Positions 55,082 through 64,000 of a stretch of 64,000 nt of DNA are shown one piece after another. Every line of letters begins with the position of its first letter. Position 1 is the first letter of the stretch. The stretch covers positions 434,001-498,000 of the forward strand of contig AP039693.1 in the NCBI GenBank assembly GCA_051599415.1, read 5' to 3'. The notes beneath the pieces were generated by a model. That model did no database searches. It saw only the letters and a list, made by a program, of their open reading frames with translations, and was not told the origin of the DNA. The DNA is from Savitreella phatthalungensis. Its lineage: Eukaryota. Made by a program: the position numbers and the translations under genes.

Positions 55082-55628
55082 CAGGTAGAGCAGAGCAGGT
55101 ACAGTAGAGCACGTAGGACAGTAGCTACACAATGCACTCTACACTCCTACAGTACTCTCACACACACACAGACCACAGACAGTAAGACGACAGAGAGAGA
55201 GAGAGTGTAGGAAGGGATGGATGGAAGGGATGGATGGATGGATACAGGCGAATGGGAGGTGAGATTGTCAGAGTGATCGAGTGAATGAGTGGAACAGGGC
55301 AGATTAGACCGTGTCTGATGGTTTCGATTGTTCATCAGTCTTACACGTCCGTGGGAAAACACAATCGATTTGGACAGACCCACGTGTACGCAGAATAATT
55401 CCAAAGTGAGAGAGGAGCACGTGCATGATCAGTTTCTAACCTTCAATTGACTGATCGATCGATCATTTACGTAAGTGACGTCAGTCTGAAATCTTCACAA
55501 ATATATACAGCATGCGATATAATATCTAATTATATATGTAAATTATCTCGTATGTTTTATATAGTCCTGGTGTTCAAACATCCTACATCCCATCGGTGTG
55601 GCAATACTCTATCCATACTATTGATGGA

Positions 55629-57272
55629 CTATACCCCGAGTAGCACGCAGGCTGCCCCAATCACTGCACCATGAGCAAATCTGACAAGCGTGTCTCCTGT
55701 CAACGATCCAATACACAGCAACTCCCCATTGTCAATTGCCAGTGCTGGACCGTGCTCATGCAGGTAATCACGTAGACCGTTCTTTGCTAGCCATGCAGAT
55801 GTCCTTTTTGTGGCTGCAGTTGCTGTAGCTGCCTGTAGAGCATCCTGGGTGTGGATGTCTATTAGGCTGTTGGATGGTTCCGCAGGCGTGTTTGCAAGGG
55901 ATGATAGGTTGAGCAAGTTCCTGACACGTGGTTCGAGAAAATGCATATTCGCTCGCCGGCCCAGCATCACCTGGACTGCGCTCACCTGGACCTTTGACAC
56001 AGAAGCTCCACCTGACCTGATCATAGACTCGATGGTGACCGTGTACGAAGGCTCAGAAGACCCTTCTTCGATTTCTGAAACATCCTCGTCTTCCACGTCG
56101 ACCACCTCGCAGTCGGCAATTCCGACGTACTGCTCGTGAGCCAGCTGCTCTTCATCTGTCTTCTCTGCAAGATCACAGGCTGCCTCTGCAGACCGCTTCA
56201 TCTGCCGGTACACGTCTGCATAGTCCGGATATGCAGATTTGTGACAGTACTTGAGCGGGGAAATGTACTGTGCCGTCTGCCACTTGAAGAGGTGGATGAC
56301 ACGCCGGCCCCTGTTCAAGTTCTCTGTAACTGCATCTGCTGCGCTGAAGCCTGAGCCGATCACCAGAACAGGTCTATCCGCCTTGGCAGATTTGGGAAGG
56401 TCGTCAGACCCGGTCTGGACTGCTTTGTCGAGGCGGGCTGCGATGGCATGTCTGGCGGAAAAGCGCTCGAGTACCGGCGGCGGTCTGACAGCCTCGTCGT
56501 ACAGCCCAGATGCAAAGACGACTTTGCGACACCGGGTGGCGAAGACTTCGCCGTCGGCACACGTGCCGTGGACAATGTACTCGGACGCATGCACGCGTTC
56601 GACCAAGGAAACGTCGACGCCGTTGTACAGGGAATCTGCGACACCTGCGCGGTCCGCGTAGGCTGCATAATACCCGGCGACTTCCTCCCTCTTAGGACGC
56701 TCGCTCTGTGGCATGGCTACCCCGAACGTGTCGAGGTAGTACTGCGCGTACGTGTACCCGAGCAGACCCAGGTGCTCCCTGTACGAAAGTGTCCTGGCCT
56801 CTCGTTCCTCGTCAGCCTCGATCGCGCAGTCGGCCCACTGGCCACCTGGCGCGCCTGCTCGACCAAACACAACGTGATCCCGCGCGTACCTGTCACACCT
56901 CCCGAACGACACACACGTGAAGTCCTTGACGTCATACCCATCCGCCGGTGCAATCAGCGCATCTGCAAGCACGTTCACAGGCCAAGCATCCGTCGTGTAT
57001 GTCTCATTCGACGGAAAATGCTGTGTGAGTGATCGCCATCGCTTCATCGCATCGTACAGGTGACGGTCACCCTTCTCCCGAACGAGCTTCTTGTGCAGCA
57101 GCATATCAGGGTGAGGGTGCGTTCGATCGTAACGCGGGACGTTCCCGTGGAGGAGGAAGGAGAGCTCCAGGGCAGATGGCCCATTGCCGACGATGACCAC
57201 ATCGGTTGTGGTTGGCGGTTGGCCAGTACACTTGTCGTGCATCATCGTCTTGTGGAAGTGCCTTGCCGGCAT
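55629..57272 (-). CDS. OSGIN1/2-like FAD/NAD(P)-dependent oxidoreductase
   Basis: DVVIVGNGPSA, HP..LLHKKL, PGGQW, VLVIGSGFSAADAV and GSLTGDTLVRF. First ATG at 57272. Confidence 0.82.
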   Translation of the reverse strand: MPARHFHKTMMHDKCTGQPPTTTDVVIVGNGPSALELSFLLHGNVPRYDRTHPHPDMLLHKKLVREKGDRHLYDAMKRWRSLTQHFPSNETYTTDAWPVNVLADALIAPADGYDVKDFTCVSFGRCDRYARDHVVFGRAGAPGGQWADCAIEADEEREARTLSYREHLGLLGYTYAQYYLDTFGVAMPQSERPKREEVAGYYAAYADRAGVADSLYNGVDVSLVERVHASEYIVHGTCADGEVFATRCRKVVFASGLYDEAVRPPPVLERFSARHAIAARLDKAVQTGSDDLPKSAKADRPVLVIGSGFSAADAVTENLNRGRRVIHLFKWQTAQYISPLKYCHKSAYPDYADVYRQMKRSAEAACDLAEKTDEEQLAHEQYVGIADCEVVDVEDEDVSEIEEGSSEPSYTVTIESMIRSGGASVSKVQVSAVQVMLGRRANMHFLEPRVRNLLNLSSLANTPAEPSNSLIDIHTQDALQAATATAATKRTSAWLAKNGLRDYLHEHGPALAIDNGELLCIGSLTGDTLVRFAHGAVIGAACVLLGV

Positions 57273-57544
57273 TTCCAAATGCTTTGTGCAAAGGAGGCTC
57301 TGGAAGGGTTACCTGCCTTCACACCGCCTATGACATACTTCTAGCATCCAAGGGGATCAAGTGCCAAAAGAAGTATGTAGCAATCTTTGAGCGCCTCGGA
57401 CACCAGGACCAGGAGTGCGAGCGCTCTCTCTTCCTTTTTCAAGAACCTCGTATTTGGTCAGTAAAGTCCGGCTCACTCTGTCATCATAGACTGATTGAAT
57501 GAGATGTGCATTTTCCCCTGCATGTTATGTTTACTTGCATTCAC

Positions 57545-57545
<1 letters not shown>

Positions 57546-57583
<38 letters not shown>
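57546..57583. repeat. (CTG)12 microsatellite, intergenic
   Basis: Uninterrupted CTG run. Confidence 0.95.
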
Positions 57584-58126
57584 AATGCTGCTAGTTAGAG
57601 AGCTCTGGTTAAATGAATTGAATTCTGAACTTCTTTTTTTGTGGAATCGGCATTTCTGCTTCACATTAAATTCAGGTTTGAATTTCCGTACTGAATTCCG
57701 ATCAAGAATCAGATTCGAAGCTTAATTTGATTACGAAGTGATCTCAGATTCTGATACAGGAACCTCCGCAGTGTACTGATTCTCTGTTATCAATATATTA
57801 TGAGCGGATACTTGCACGTGAGGCTGTGCGAGGCGAGGGTAGATGCCTTCACTTAAGCCATATGACCGTCTTCGCTGCTCCTCTGGAGTGATGGGCATCG
57901 CGCCTCTTCATTTTCCCGCATCCGTCCTATCGCTGCTAGTGCTTCTACAACTCATACAGCTACTCATCGTCATCAGTCATCATTGATTAGATTCGTCATT
58001 ATACTGGTACATCTCATCGTCGCACAACCCGACCGTATTCAGGTTCATCCACTTCTGCCCTGTTGCCATTCATCTTCATAGGATCAGGCCCTCTCGATTC
58101 ACGTGCAACATGTTCGTACTGCGCAG

Positions 58127-59125
58127 CTAGTGCTCTTCGAAGACCTCCTCAATCGCAGCTTGAAATTGCTGAACATTATACTCCATCAGTCCGGAAGAAG
58201 TATGACCGTGATCGCGCATCAGACAGATCAGAGCGAGGTACTGATTCAGCTCCCGGATGTACAGGACCATACCATTGTTGAGTTTGATCGTGCTCGATAC
58301 CTCTGCATCCCCGGTTGCTACGGGGCCTGGCACGTGCTCCCTGCCTTCCACAGGCAGTCTCCTGTACCCATAGATCTCAGAGACATCCAGTATCACATCG
58401 ATGTAGTCCGAGCAGATCTCGACAGACTGCACGTCCACTGGCGAAGAGTCTGTGGCGATGTAGATTTTCGACATCACATCAAAGATGAACGCTTTCTCCA
58501 CAACCGAATTCGCACAGAACGCATTCAGCAAGTTCTCCAGCGTCGGCAATTGAGGAATCAGTTTCTGGATCACCTTGGAAAACGCCTCGAATATGCTGTG
58601 ATCAAAGATCGATGTCAGATGGAAGGAGAGTGAGACATTGTCCATCCCGATATCTGTGAGCTCGTCCACAGTCCTCTGCTGAACGTCCCGCTGTGCATCG
58701 ATCCGGTAGTCGTCTGAGAGACCATCGATCTTGTGCACAAACACCTCGATGTTGATGTGTGGGTTGACAGACACGGCGCGAGTGATCGTGACGTGCAACT
58801 TCTGCAGCGCTTCCACATACTCGTCCTGCGCGTCGATCACAAAGATCAGCGCGCCCACGTCACCAAAAATCGCCTCGGCGTCAAACCCAGCATCGAAAAA
58901 GTCAATCTGACCAGGGAAATCCCAGACCTGGAAGTCGATGAAGCTGCTGATATTCTCCTTCACAATCTCACCTGTGCTCTCCAGGAAGAGCGTCTCATTC
59001 GGGGCCATCTTGTGGAACACGACTTTCTGGATCGACGATTTGCCAGATCGACGGAGGCCAAGCAATAGAAGCTTGACCTTGCTAGAGCGCAGCGGAGCCG
59101 GCGGTAGCTGAGTCGAGTCACTCAT
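58127..59125 (-). CDS. GTR2: Rag GTPase RagC/D
   Basis: [29 protein letters not shown] and [13 protein letters not shown]. Confidence 0.97.
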   Translation of the reverse strand: MSDSTQLPPAPLRSSKVKLLLLGLRRSGKSSIQKVVFHKMAPNETLFLESTGEIVKENISSFIDFQVWDFPGQIDFFDAGFDAEAIFGDVGALIFVIDAQDEYVEALQKLHVTITRAVSVNPHINIEVFVHKIDGLSDDYRIDAQRDVQQRTVDELTDIGMDNVSLSFHLTSIFDHSIFEAFSKVIQKLIPQLPTLENLLNAFCANSVVEKAFIFDVMSKIYIATDSSPVDVQSVEICSDYIDVILDVSEIYGYRRLPVEGREHVPGPVATGDAEVSSTIKLNNGMVLYIRELNQYLALICLMRDHGHTSSGLMEYNVQQFQAAIEEVFEEH

Positions 59126-59480
59126 CGGTCACCAACAAGTTGGAAATAAAGAGAGAAGGTGTAGATAGAGAGTGTCTTGATGAGCGCGGTTGCGAGATGC
59201 GAGATGCGATCGAAAGCACAGAAGATCTTCCACGAGTGCAAACGATCTTGTGAGTGTCAGCAAAGGTACCGAGGACCCCGCGAGGATGGTCTGCGTATGC
59301 TGAAGAGCTAAGCCGGCGATGGGATGCGCGCTGGGAAGTAATGAATGAATGGGTTTGGGTTGCGCAGGTGTGACTCCTTATCAACATATCTCCTGCATGT
59401 TTGCATATGCGCCTGCTCGATTGATTGCATGCATCCTTCGATTCGGCCGATTCAGTGACTCGAGCAATGAAAATAGTGAA

Positions 59481-59509
59481 TTAGGGTTACACAAGTTAGG
59501 GTTACACAA
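59481..59509. repeat. Tandem duplication of TTAGGGTTACACAA (telobox-like)
   Basis: Copies at 59481-59494 and 59496-59509 in the GTR2/PUS7 divergent promoter. Confidence 0.85.
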
Positions 59510-59658
59510 ACCAACTTGCCAAATCGGGAAATCACTCTTGTGTCACTTTCTTCAGAAAGCCTATCATCTACAGCACTATACTCAAGCCATTCCTTCAGGA
59601 CACGACTCTCTCTGCCTGCAAAAGCACATCGAAGGCGACACTCAGAGTCTTCTAGTGA

Positions 59659-61791
59659 ATGCTTAGAGCTTCCAGACCATATCATTTACTTATCAGGTCT
59701 GATCATCGCAGCCACCTGCTTGTACGAGCTCACAGAACACCAGCGCTCTCCTCACAAGGCCTTCTCAGGCACACCTCCCCTTCAACCTCTCTGCATCGCT
59801 TGCATACTATGACAGACGCACCACCTGCAAAGCGCATACGGACCGCAGACTCCACAGGGAATACAAGTATTGAAGTCTTGGATGGTCCCGAGTCGGCCGG
59901 GCCGGACTCGAGTACCTTCATCCCAATCTCTGAGCAAGCTGTCGGTATCCGCTGCTTCGTCCGTGATGACCTTCCTCGCTTCACCTGTCAGCTCAAGCAG
60001 CTCAACTCGGACTTCCAAGTGTTCGAGGTCGATCCACAGGGGAAAATCGTCCGACTCGAGAATGTGCCCCGGAATGAGGATCTGCTGGCTGAGCAGGCAG
60101 AGCACCGACAAGTCGAACAGAAGCGGAAGCAGATGCTTGAGACCAAGTCTTTTGACCTTGAATCAGATACTGCCAAACGACTTCAAGCGGCGCTCGGTCA
60201 ACGCGTCTGGACAGAGCTTCTCACATTGGCAGGTGTGACGCCAGTCGCGGACTCTCCAGCAACTGTCTCGACAGAAGTCATCGATGACAAGGAGACACGA
60301 ACGCTCATCCACAAAGGGATTCGTGAGGTATTTGGGGATGGTCTAGACTCGACCTCTGCGAAGGACAGCACGATTGTAGTCCGGGTGAAGCGGGCTGGTA
60401 AAGGTCGTGGCGCTCAGGGTGGCGGGTTCAATGCTCGAGCGCGCTGGGAGCATCCGGGCGACTTTTGTCTCTTCACGCTTTACAAGGACGGCAGAGACAC
60501 AATGGACGCCGTCTCTGCCGTCGCATCTCAACTCCATCTGACCACGAAAGCATTCGGATTCGCAGGCACAAAAGACCGACGAGGCTGCACCACACAGCGT
60601 TTCACAGCCTACCGCGTCCCGGCCACGCGACTTGCCAACTGCAATCGCTTTTTAGACGGCATTCGCCTTGGTGATTTTTCGTACACGCGCAAGGGCTTGA
60701 CGCTGGGCGATCTATCCGGCAACCGATTCAGTCTCGTTCTTCGCCATGTCCAAGGTATAGACGAGGCAGCCATCCACGAACGCTTTGCGACGATCCGAGA
60801 CCGCGGTTTCATCAACTACTTCGGTCTTCAGCGATTCGGCACGTCCAACATCGGTACGCACGAGCCAGGGATCCTCCTGCTGCGCGGAGAGTACGAACAA
60901 GCGGTCGAGATGATCATGACCGCTTCCGCTGGAAACCTGCGTGGGCCAGCGGTGGCCGCGAAAGCGCACTGGCAGAATACGCACGATCCAGACGCCACCT
61001 TGCGATTGATGCCGTCGCGCAACGTTGCAGAGACTTCCATGCTCAAGCACATGGTCCAGGACATGCGCAAGCGCGCAGACGACAGCACTACCACCCCTGC
61101 TACTATCACTGACTGGCACGGCGCTTACATGGCCATTCCACGGAACCTCAGGACCATGTATCTCCACGCCTATCAGTCGTTTGTCTGGAATCACGCTGTC
61201 TCCGCGAGGATCGAGCAGTTCGGTTTCACGCCTGTGGAAGGTGACTTGGTGATCGACGATCGCACAGCTGTAGGCGAGGATGGTGACGGCAACGAACACG
61301 TATCACAGTATGTTCGCGCTCGAGCACTGACTAAGGATGACCTTCATCTGCACGCCATCACGGATATCGTCCTGCCTTTGCCAGGATACGATGTAGAGTA
61401 TCCCGCCAACGAAACTCTACGCAAGGTTTACGTTGACGTCATGCAACAGCACGGACTGGACCCCTTCGACATGCGCCGCAAGCTCAAAGACCTCTCCCTT
61501 CCAGGAGCGTACCGCAAGATCGTCAGCAAGCCAATCGACCTCGAATTCTCCACCCTGCATTACCCTCCCCCGAAGCTCGAGACAGACGCTGAGACTGGGC
61601 GCGAGCGAACGATCGAGGTCCAGCTTGCTGCGACTGACCTCGATCGGCTGGAAGGTCGAACAATTGAAGTCCCAGCGTCAGAGGGTGGGACTACGCTGTT
61701 AGCAGTCAAGTGTGAGTTCGGCTTAGATACAGCCGCGTACGCGACGATGATGTTACGTGAAGCTGTAGATGCATTACCTCGTCAGATCTAA
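59659..61791 (+). CDS. PUS7: TruD-family pseudouridine synthase
   Basis: SDFQVFE, FAGTKDRRG (catalytic Asp), GFINYFGLQRFG, HAYQSFVWN and YATMMLRE. A second ATG lies at 59809. Confidence 0.95.
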   Translation: MLRASRPYHLLIRSDHRSHLLVRAHRTPALSSQGLLRHTSPSTSLHRLHTMTDAPPAKRIRTADSTGNTSIEVLDGPESAGPDSSTFIPISEQAVGIRCFVRDDLPRFTCQLKQLNSDFQVFEVDPQGKIVRLENVPRNEDLLAEQAEHRQVEQKRKQMLETKSFDLESDTAKRLQAALGQRVWTELLTLAGVTPVADSPATVSTEVIDDKETRTLIHKGIREVFGDGLDSTSAKDSTIVVRVKRAGKGRGAQGGGFNARARWEHPGDFCLFTLYKDGRDTMDAVSAVASQLHLTTKAFGFAGTKDRRGCTTQRFTAYRVPATRLANCNRFLDGIRLGDFSYTRKGLTLGDLSGNRFSLVLRHVQGIDEAAIHERFATIRDRGFINYFGLQRFGTSNIGTHEPGILLLRGEYEQAVEMIMTASAGNLRGPAVAAKAHWQNTHDPDATLRLMPSRNVAETSMLKHMVQDMRKRADDSTTTPATITDWHGAYMAIPRNLRTMYLHAYQSFVWNHAVSARIEQFGFTPVEGDLVIDDRTAVGEDGDGNEHVSQYVRARALTKDDLHLHAITDIVLPLPGYDVEYPANETLRKVYVDVMQQHGLDPFDMRRKLKDLSLPGAYRKIVSKPIDLEFSTLHYPPPKLETDAETGRERTIEVQLAATDLDRLEGRTIEVPASEGGTTLLAVKCEFGLDTAAYATMMLREAVDALPRQI

Positions 61792-63395
61792 TTCTCGATC
61801 ACCTTCAGACCGCCGAATAAGGTCTCTCCTCCCTTCGATTCAGACCCTGACAAGGCTGCTCCTGAAGCTGCAGTCGTCTCCCGTTCCTTCTCGACCAACT
61901 TTGCCATCACGCGCAAGCAGTCGTCTACGCCGATCTTGTCCTTGGCCGACATGATGACCACGGGCGGAATGGTCGTCGGTTCCGATGCGTCCGGGTCTGT
62001 TATACGTGTATCCTCGAGCGCACACGCCGCGATTGTCTCCAGAAGCGCGGCGAGCTGACCTCGAGCACTAGGTAGGTCAGCTTTATTTGCCACCACCATC
62101 GTCCTCCGCCGCTCGAGTCCCGGCGAATGCAAAGCTAGCTCCTTCCGTAGTAACCTATACACCCGAGCAGGATCGATACCTGTCACTTCCCCGCGCGGAT
62201 CAAGCACCCCTCGATCACCATCTCCCATTTCTTGTGATCGTGACACCGTGCTAGTCGTAGCAGACAGATCAAGCACGATACACAGTACCCTTGCCCGTTC
62301 GACGTGGCGTAGAAAGTCGTGACCAAGTCCACGATCATCATTCGCCCCCTCAATCAACCCAGGAATATCAGCAACCGTGAATGATCTCTCCTCACCGAGC
62401 TTCCGACCGACCTTGACACCCGGCATTGTGTCTTGACCAGCTCCGGCACCGGAGGCAGGAACGGCAGCGTAGCTGACAGTGCCGAGATGTGGAGCGAGCG
62501 TTGTGAATGCATAGTCTGCCGTCTTCGGTCGAGCGTTTGAGAGTGCTCGGAGGAGGGTAGACTTTCCTGCGTTGGGTGCACCGACTAGACCGATGTCTGC
62601 GATTGTCTTGAGCTCGAGAACGAACTTGCGCCGCTGTCCGTCGAGCCCACGGGACGCAAACTTGGGCGACCGATTGTCAGTCGTCAAGAAGAAGCTGTTT
62701 CCAAATCCACCGACACCACCACGGCACAGCAACACAGGCTCATCAATCGGTGTCACCTCATCAAGGTCCAGCCGGAGAAGTGCCGCCTCAGGCTTCACCT
62801 TCGGTGTGTAGAACGGATTCGGGCTGCCCCTCGGGAGAAGAGCTCTGTACTGCCGACGCAGGATACGCTCTGCTTCTTTGAGCCTGTCTCCTGCATGGTT
62901 ATCGTCTTCCGACCGAGGGTAGTGTACCCAGAGGCCGCGCTTGGGCTTGTCGTATGCTGGCTCCTCCGAACGCCGCTCCCCTTCAGACAGCTCGACCTCC
63001 TGCACGACAGTCCCGACAGGCACCTTGATCAGCAAATCGTCGCCCTTTCGCCCATTCATGTTGCTCCCGCGGCCGTGCATGCCCACACCAGACCGCGCAC
63101 GGTACCCGACGTCCAGCGACGTCAGACCGGCGACCGCTGCAACGTATACATTCCCACCATGGCCGCCGCTCCCGCCGTTCGGCGGTCCCTTTGGCAGGAA
63201 CTTCTCTCGCAGGAAAGACACACATCCGTCGCCACCGCGGCCGGCCTCAGCGACGACGACTGCATGGTCTCTGAATGATGTCCCGCTGAATTTGTGTGAC
63301 AGATCCCGAGACGTCGACGTCGCCAGTGACCGTTTCCCGTACCGCGCTCTGCATGCCGCACAGACATGAGTCGTGCGTCGCAAAGTGAGCAGCAT
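61788..63395 (-). CDS. MTG2: Mitochondrial Obg-family GTPase
   Basis: Presequence, Gly-rich Obg fold, GAPNAGKST, YAFTTL, DIPGLIEGA and NKAD. Confidence 0.95.
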   Translation of the reverse strand: MLLTLRRTTHVCAACRARYGKRSLATSTSRDLSHKFSGTSFRDHAVVVAEAGRGGDGCVSFLREKFLPKGPPNGGSGGHGGNVYVAAVAGLTSLDVGYRARSGVGMHGRGSNMNGRKGDDLLIKVPVGTVVQEVELSEGERRSEEPAYDKPKRGLWVHYPRSEDDNHAGDRLKEAERILRRQYRALLPRGSPNPFYTPKVKPEAALLRLDLDEVTPIDEPVLLCRGGVGGFGNSFFLTTDNRSPKFASRGLDGQRRKFVLELKTIADIGLVGAPNAGKSTLLRALSNARPKTADYAFTTLAPHLGTVSYAAVPASGAGAGQDTMPGVKVGRKLGEERSFTVADIPGLIEGANDDRGLGHDFLRHVERARVLCIVLDLSATTSTVSRSQEMGDGDRGVLDPRGEVTGIDPARVYRLLRKELALHSPGLERRRTMVVANKADLPSARGQLAALLETIAACALEDTRITDPDASEPTTIPPVVIMSAKDKIGVDDCLRVMAKLVEKERETTAASGAALSGSESKGGETLFGGLKVIEN

Positions 63396-63569
63396 AATTG
63401 TAGGACAGGGGACGACGCGGAGAGGTCTAGAGCCTTGTGCCTTGCGTCAGTCACAGATGAAGTGAGCTGATATGACATGTGACTTGATAGTGACGGCTCC
63501 ACAAATTACACACCCGGCGTCCACTTCATCGAGACACAGCCTTACACACAGGGCACAGAGGTCGAGACG

Positions 63570-64000
63570 ATGTCGCGGGAGTACTCGCGCGTCTACATCG
63601 ATGGCTGCCTCGATATGTTCCACCACGGTCACTCCGGTGCGATTCTGCAGGCTCGGCGGGTGGGTGAATGGCTGGTGTGCGGTGTGCACTCTGACGAGGA
63701 GATTGCTGCGAACAAGGGTATCCCGGTGATGTCGATGGACGAGCGGTGTACGAGCGCTCGCGCATGCAAGTGGGTATCCGAAGTGTCTGAAGGCGCTCCG
63801 TACGTGATCAACTGCGCCTATCTAGACCTCGTCAACGCCCAAGTCGCCATCCACGGAGACGATATCACAACTGACGCAAACGGGAACGACTGCTACCAGG
63901 AAGTCAAAGACGCAAAGCGGTTCGTCGTCTGCAAGCGTACACCCCAAATCTCCACAACAGACCTGGTAGGCAGAATGCTCCTCCATACCAGAGACCATCA
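63570..64000 (+). CDS. ECT1: Ethanolamine-phosphate cytidylyltransferase, 5' part only
   Basis: Not in the ORF track. Manual translation: MSREYSRVYIDGCLDMFHHGHSGAILQARR..GVHSDEEIAANKG..HGDD..ISTTDLVGRML. Confidence 0.92.
   Translation, partial: MSREYSRVYIDGCLDMFHHGHSGAILQARRVGEWLVCGVHSDEEIAANKGIPVMSMDERCTSARACKWVSEVSEGAPYVINCAYLDLVNAQVAIHGDDITTDANGNDCYQEVKDAKRFVVCKRTPQISTTDLVGRMLLHTRDH

Noticed and set aside
57473..57725. Poly-Leu and poly-Ser ORFs
   Set aside because: They are by-products of the (CTG)12 microsatellite.
59481..59509. Telomerase RNA template (TAACCCTAA on the minus strand)
   Set aside because: The roughly 530-bp divergent promoter is too small for a typical fungal telomerase RNA, and the motif is duplicated.
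1..64000. Transposons, CRISPR arrays, rRNA, stop-readthrough PTS1 extensions
   Set aside because: I saw no transposase, RT, LTR, TIR, repeat-spacer or rRNA signatures. The stops I checked lack TGA-CTA context or downstream SKL-like ends.

Overview
Gene-dense, intron-poor fungal nuclear DNA with about 31 protein-coding genes and one intron-containing tRNA-Ser(UGA). It is most consistent with an early-diverging ascomycete (Taphrinomycotina-like), inferred from the short S. pombe-type eS25 N-terminus, a Homol-E-like box and the Res2/Pir2-type genes; this placement is not proven. Most genes are housekeeping: ARG2 (partial), RRN11-like, MBP1/Res2, a Zn2Cys6 factor, RRP8, ARS2/Pir2, Yip1 family, Lon, NIT2, GLY1, a DHDPS-family aldolase, a secreted subtilisin, DUF952, DPH5, SPT3, PUP3, UBX4, a CRH-type GH16, an HSL esterase, a ZnF-UBP deubiquitinase, an AlkB dioxygenase, xanthine dehydrogenase, PIS1, a LAMMER kinase, PEX20, RPS25, an OSGIN-like oxidoreductase, GTR2, PUS7, MTG2 and ECT1 (partial). 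The best leads are: (1) a nuclear-encoded copy of the normally mtDNA-encoded mitoribosomal uS3m (rps3/Var1 type); (2) a 378-nt RPS25 intron that pairs along almost its whole length; (3) an exact UaY/Ppr1-type TCGG-N6-CCGA site plus GATA sites upstream of xanthine dehydrogenase; (4) a 1.2-kb ATG-free leader before the Zn2Cys6 factor; (5) an NTF2-like protein with five copies of an unnamed peptide repeat. I saw no transposon, CRISPR or rRNA. All family assignments come from motif recognition, not database searches.
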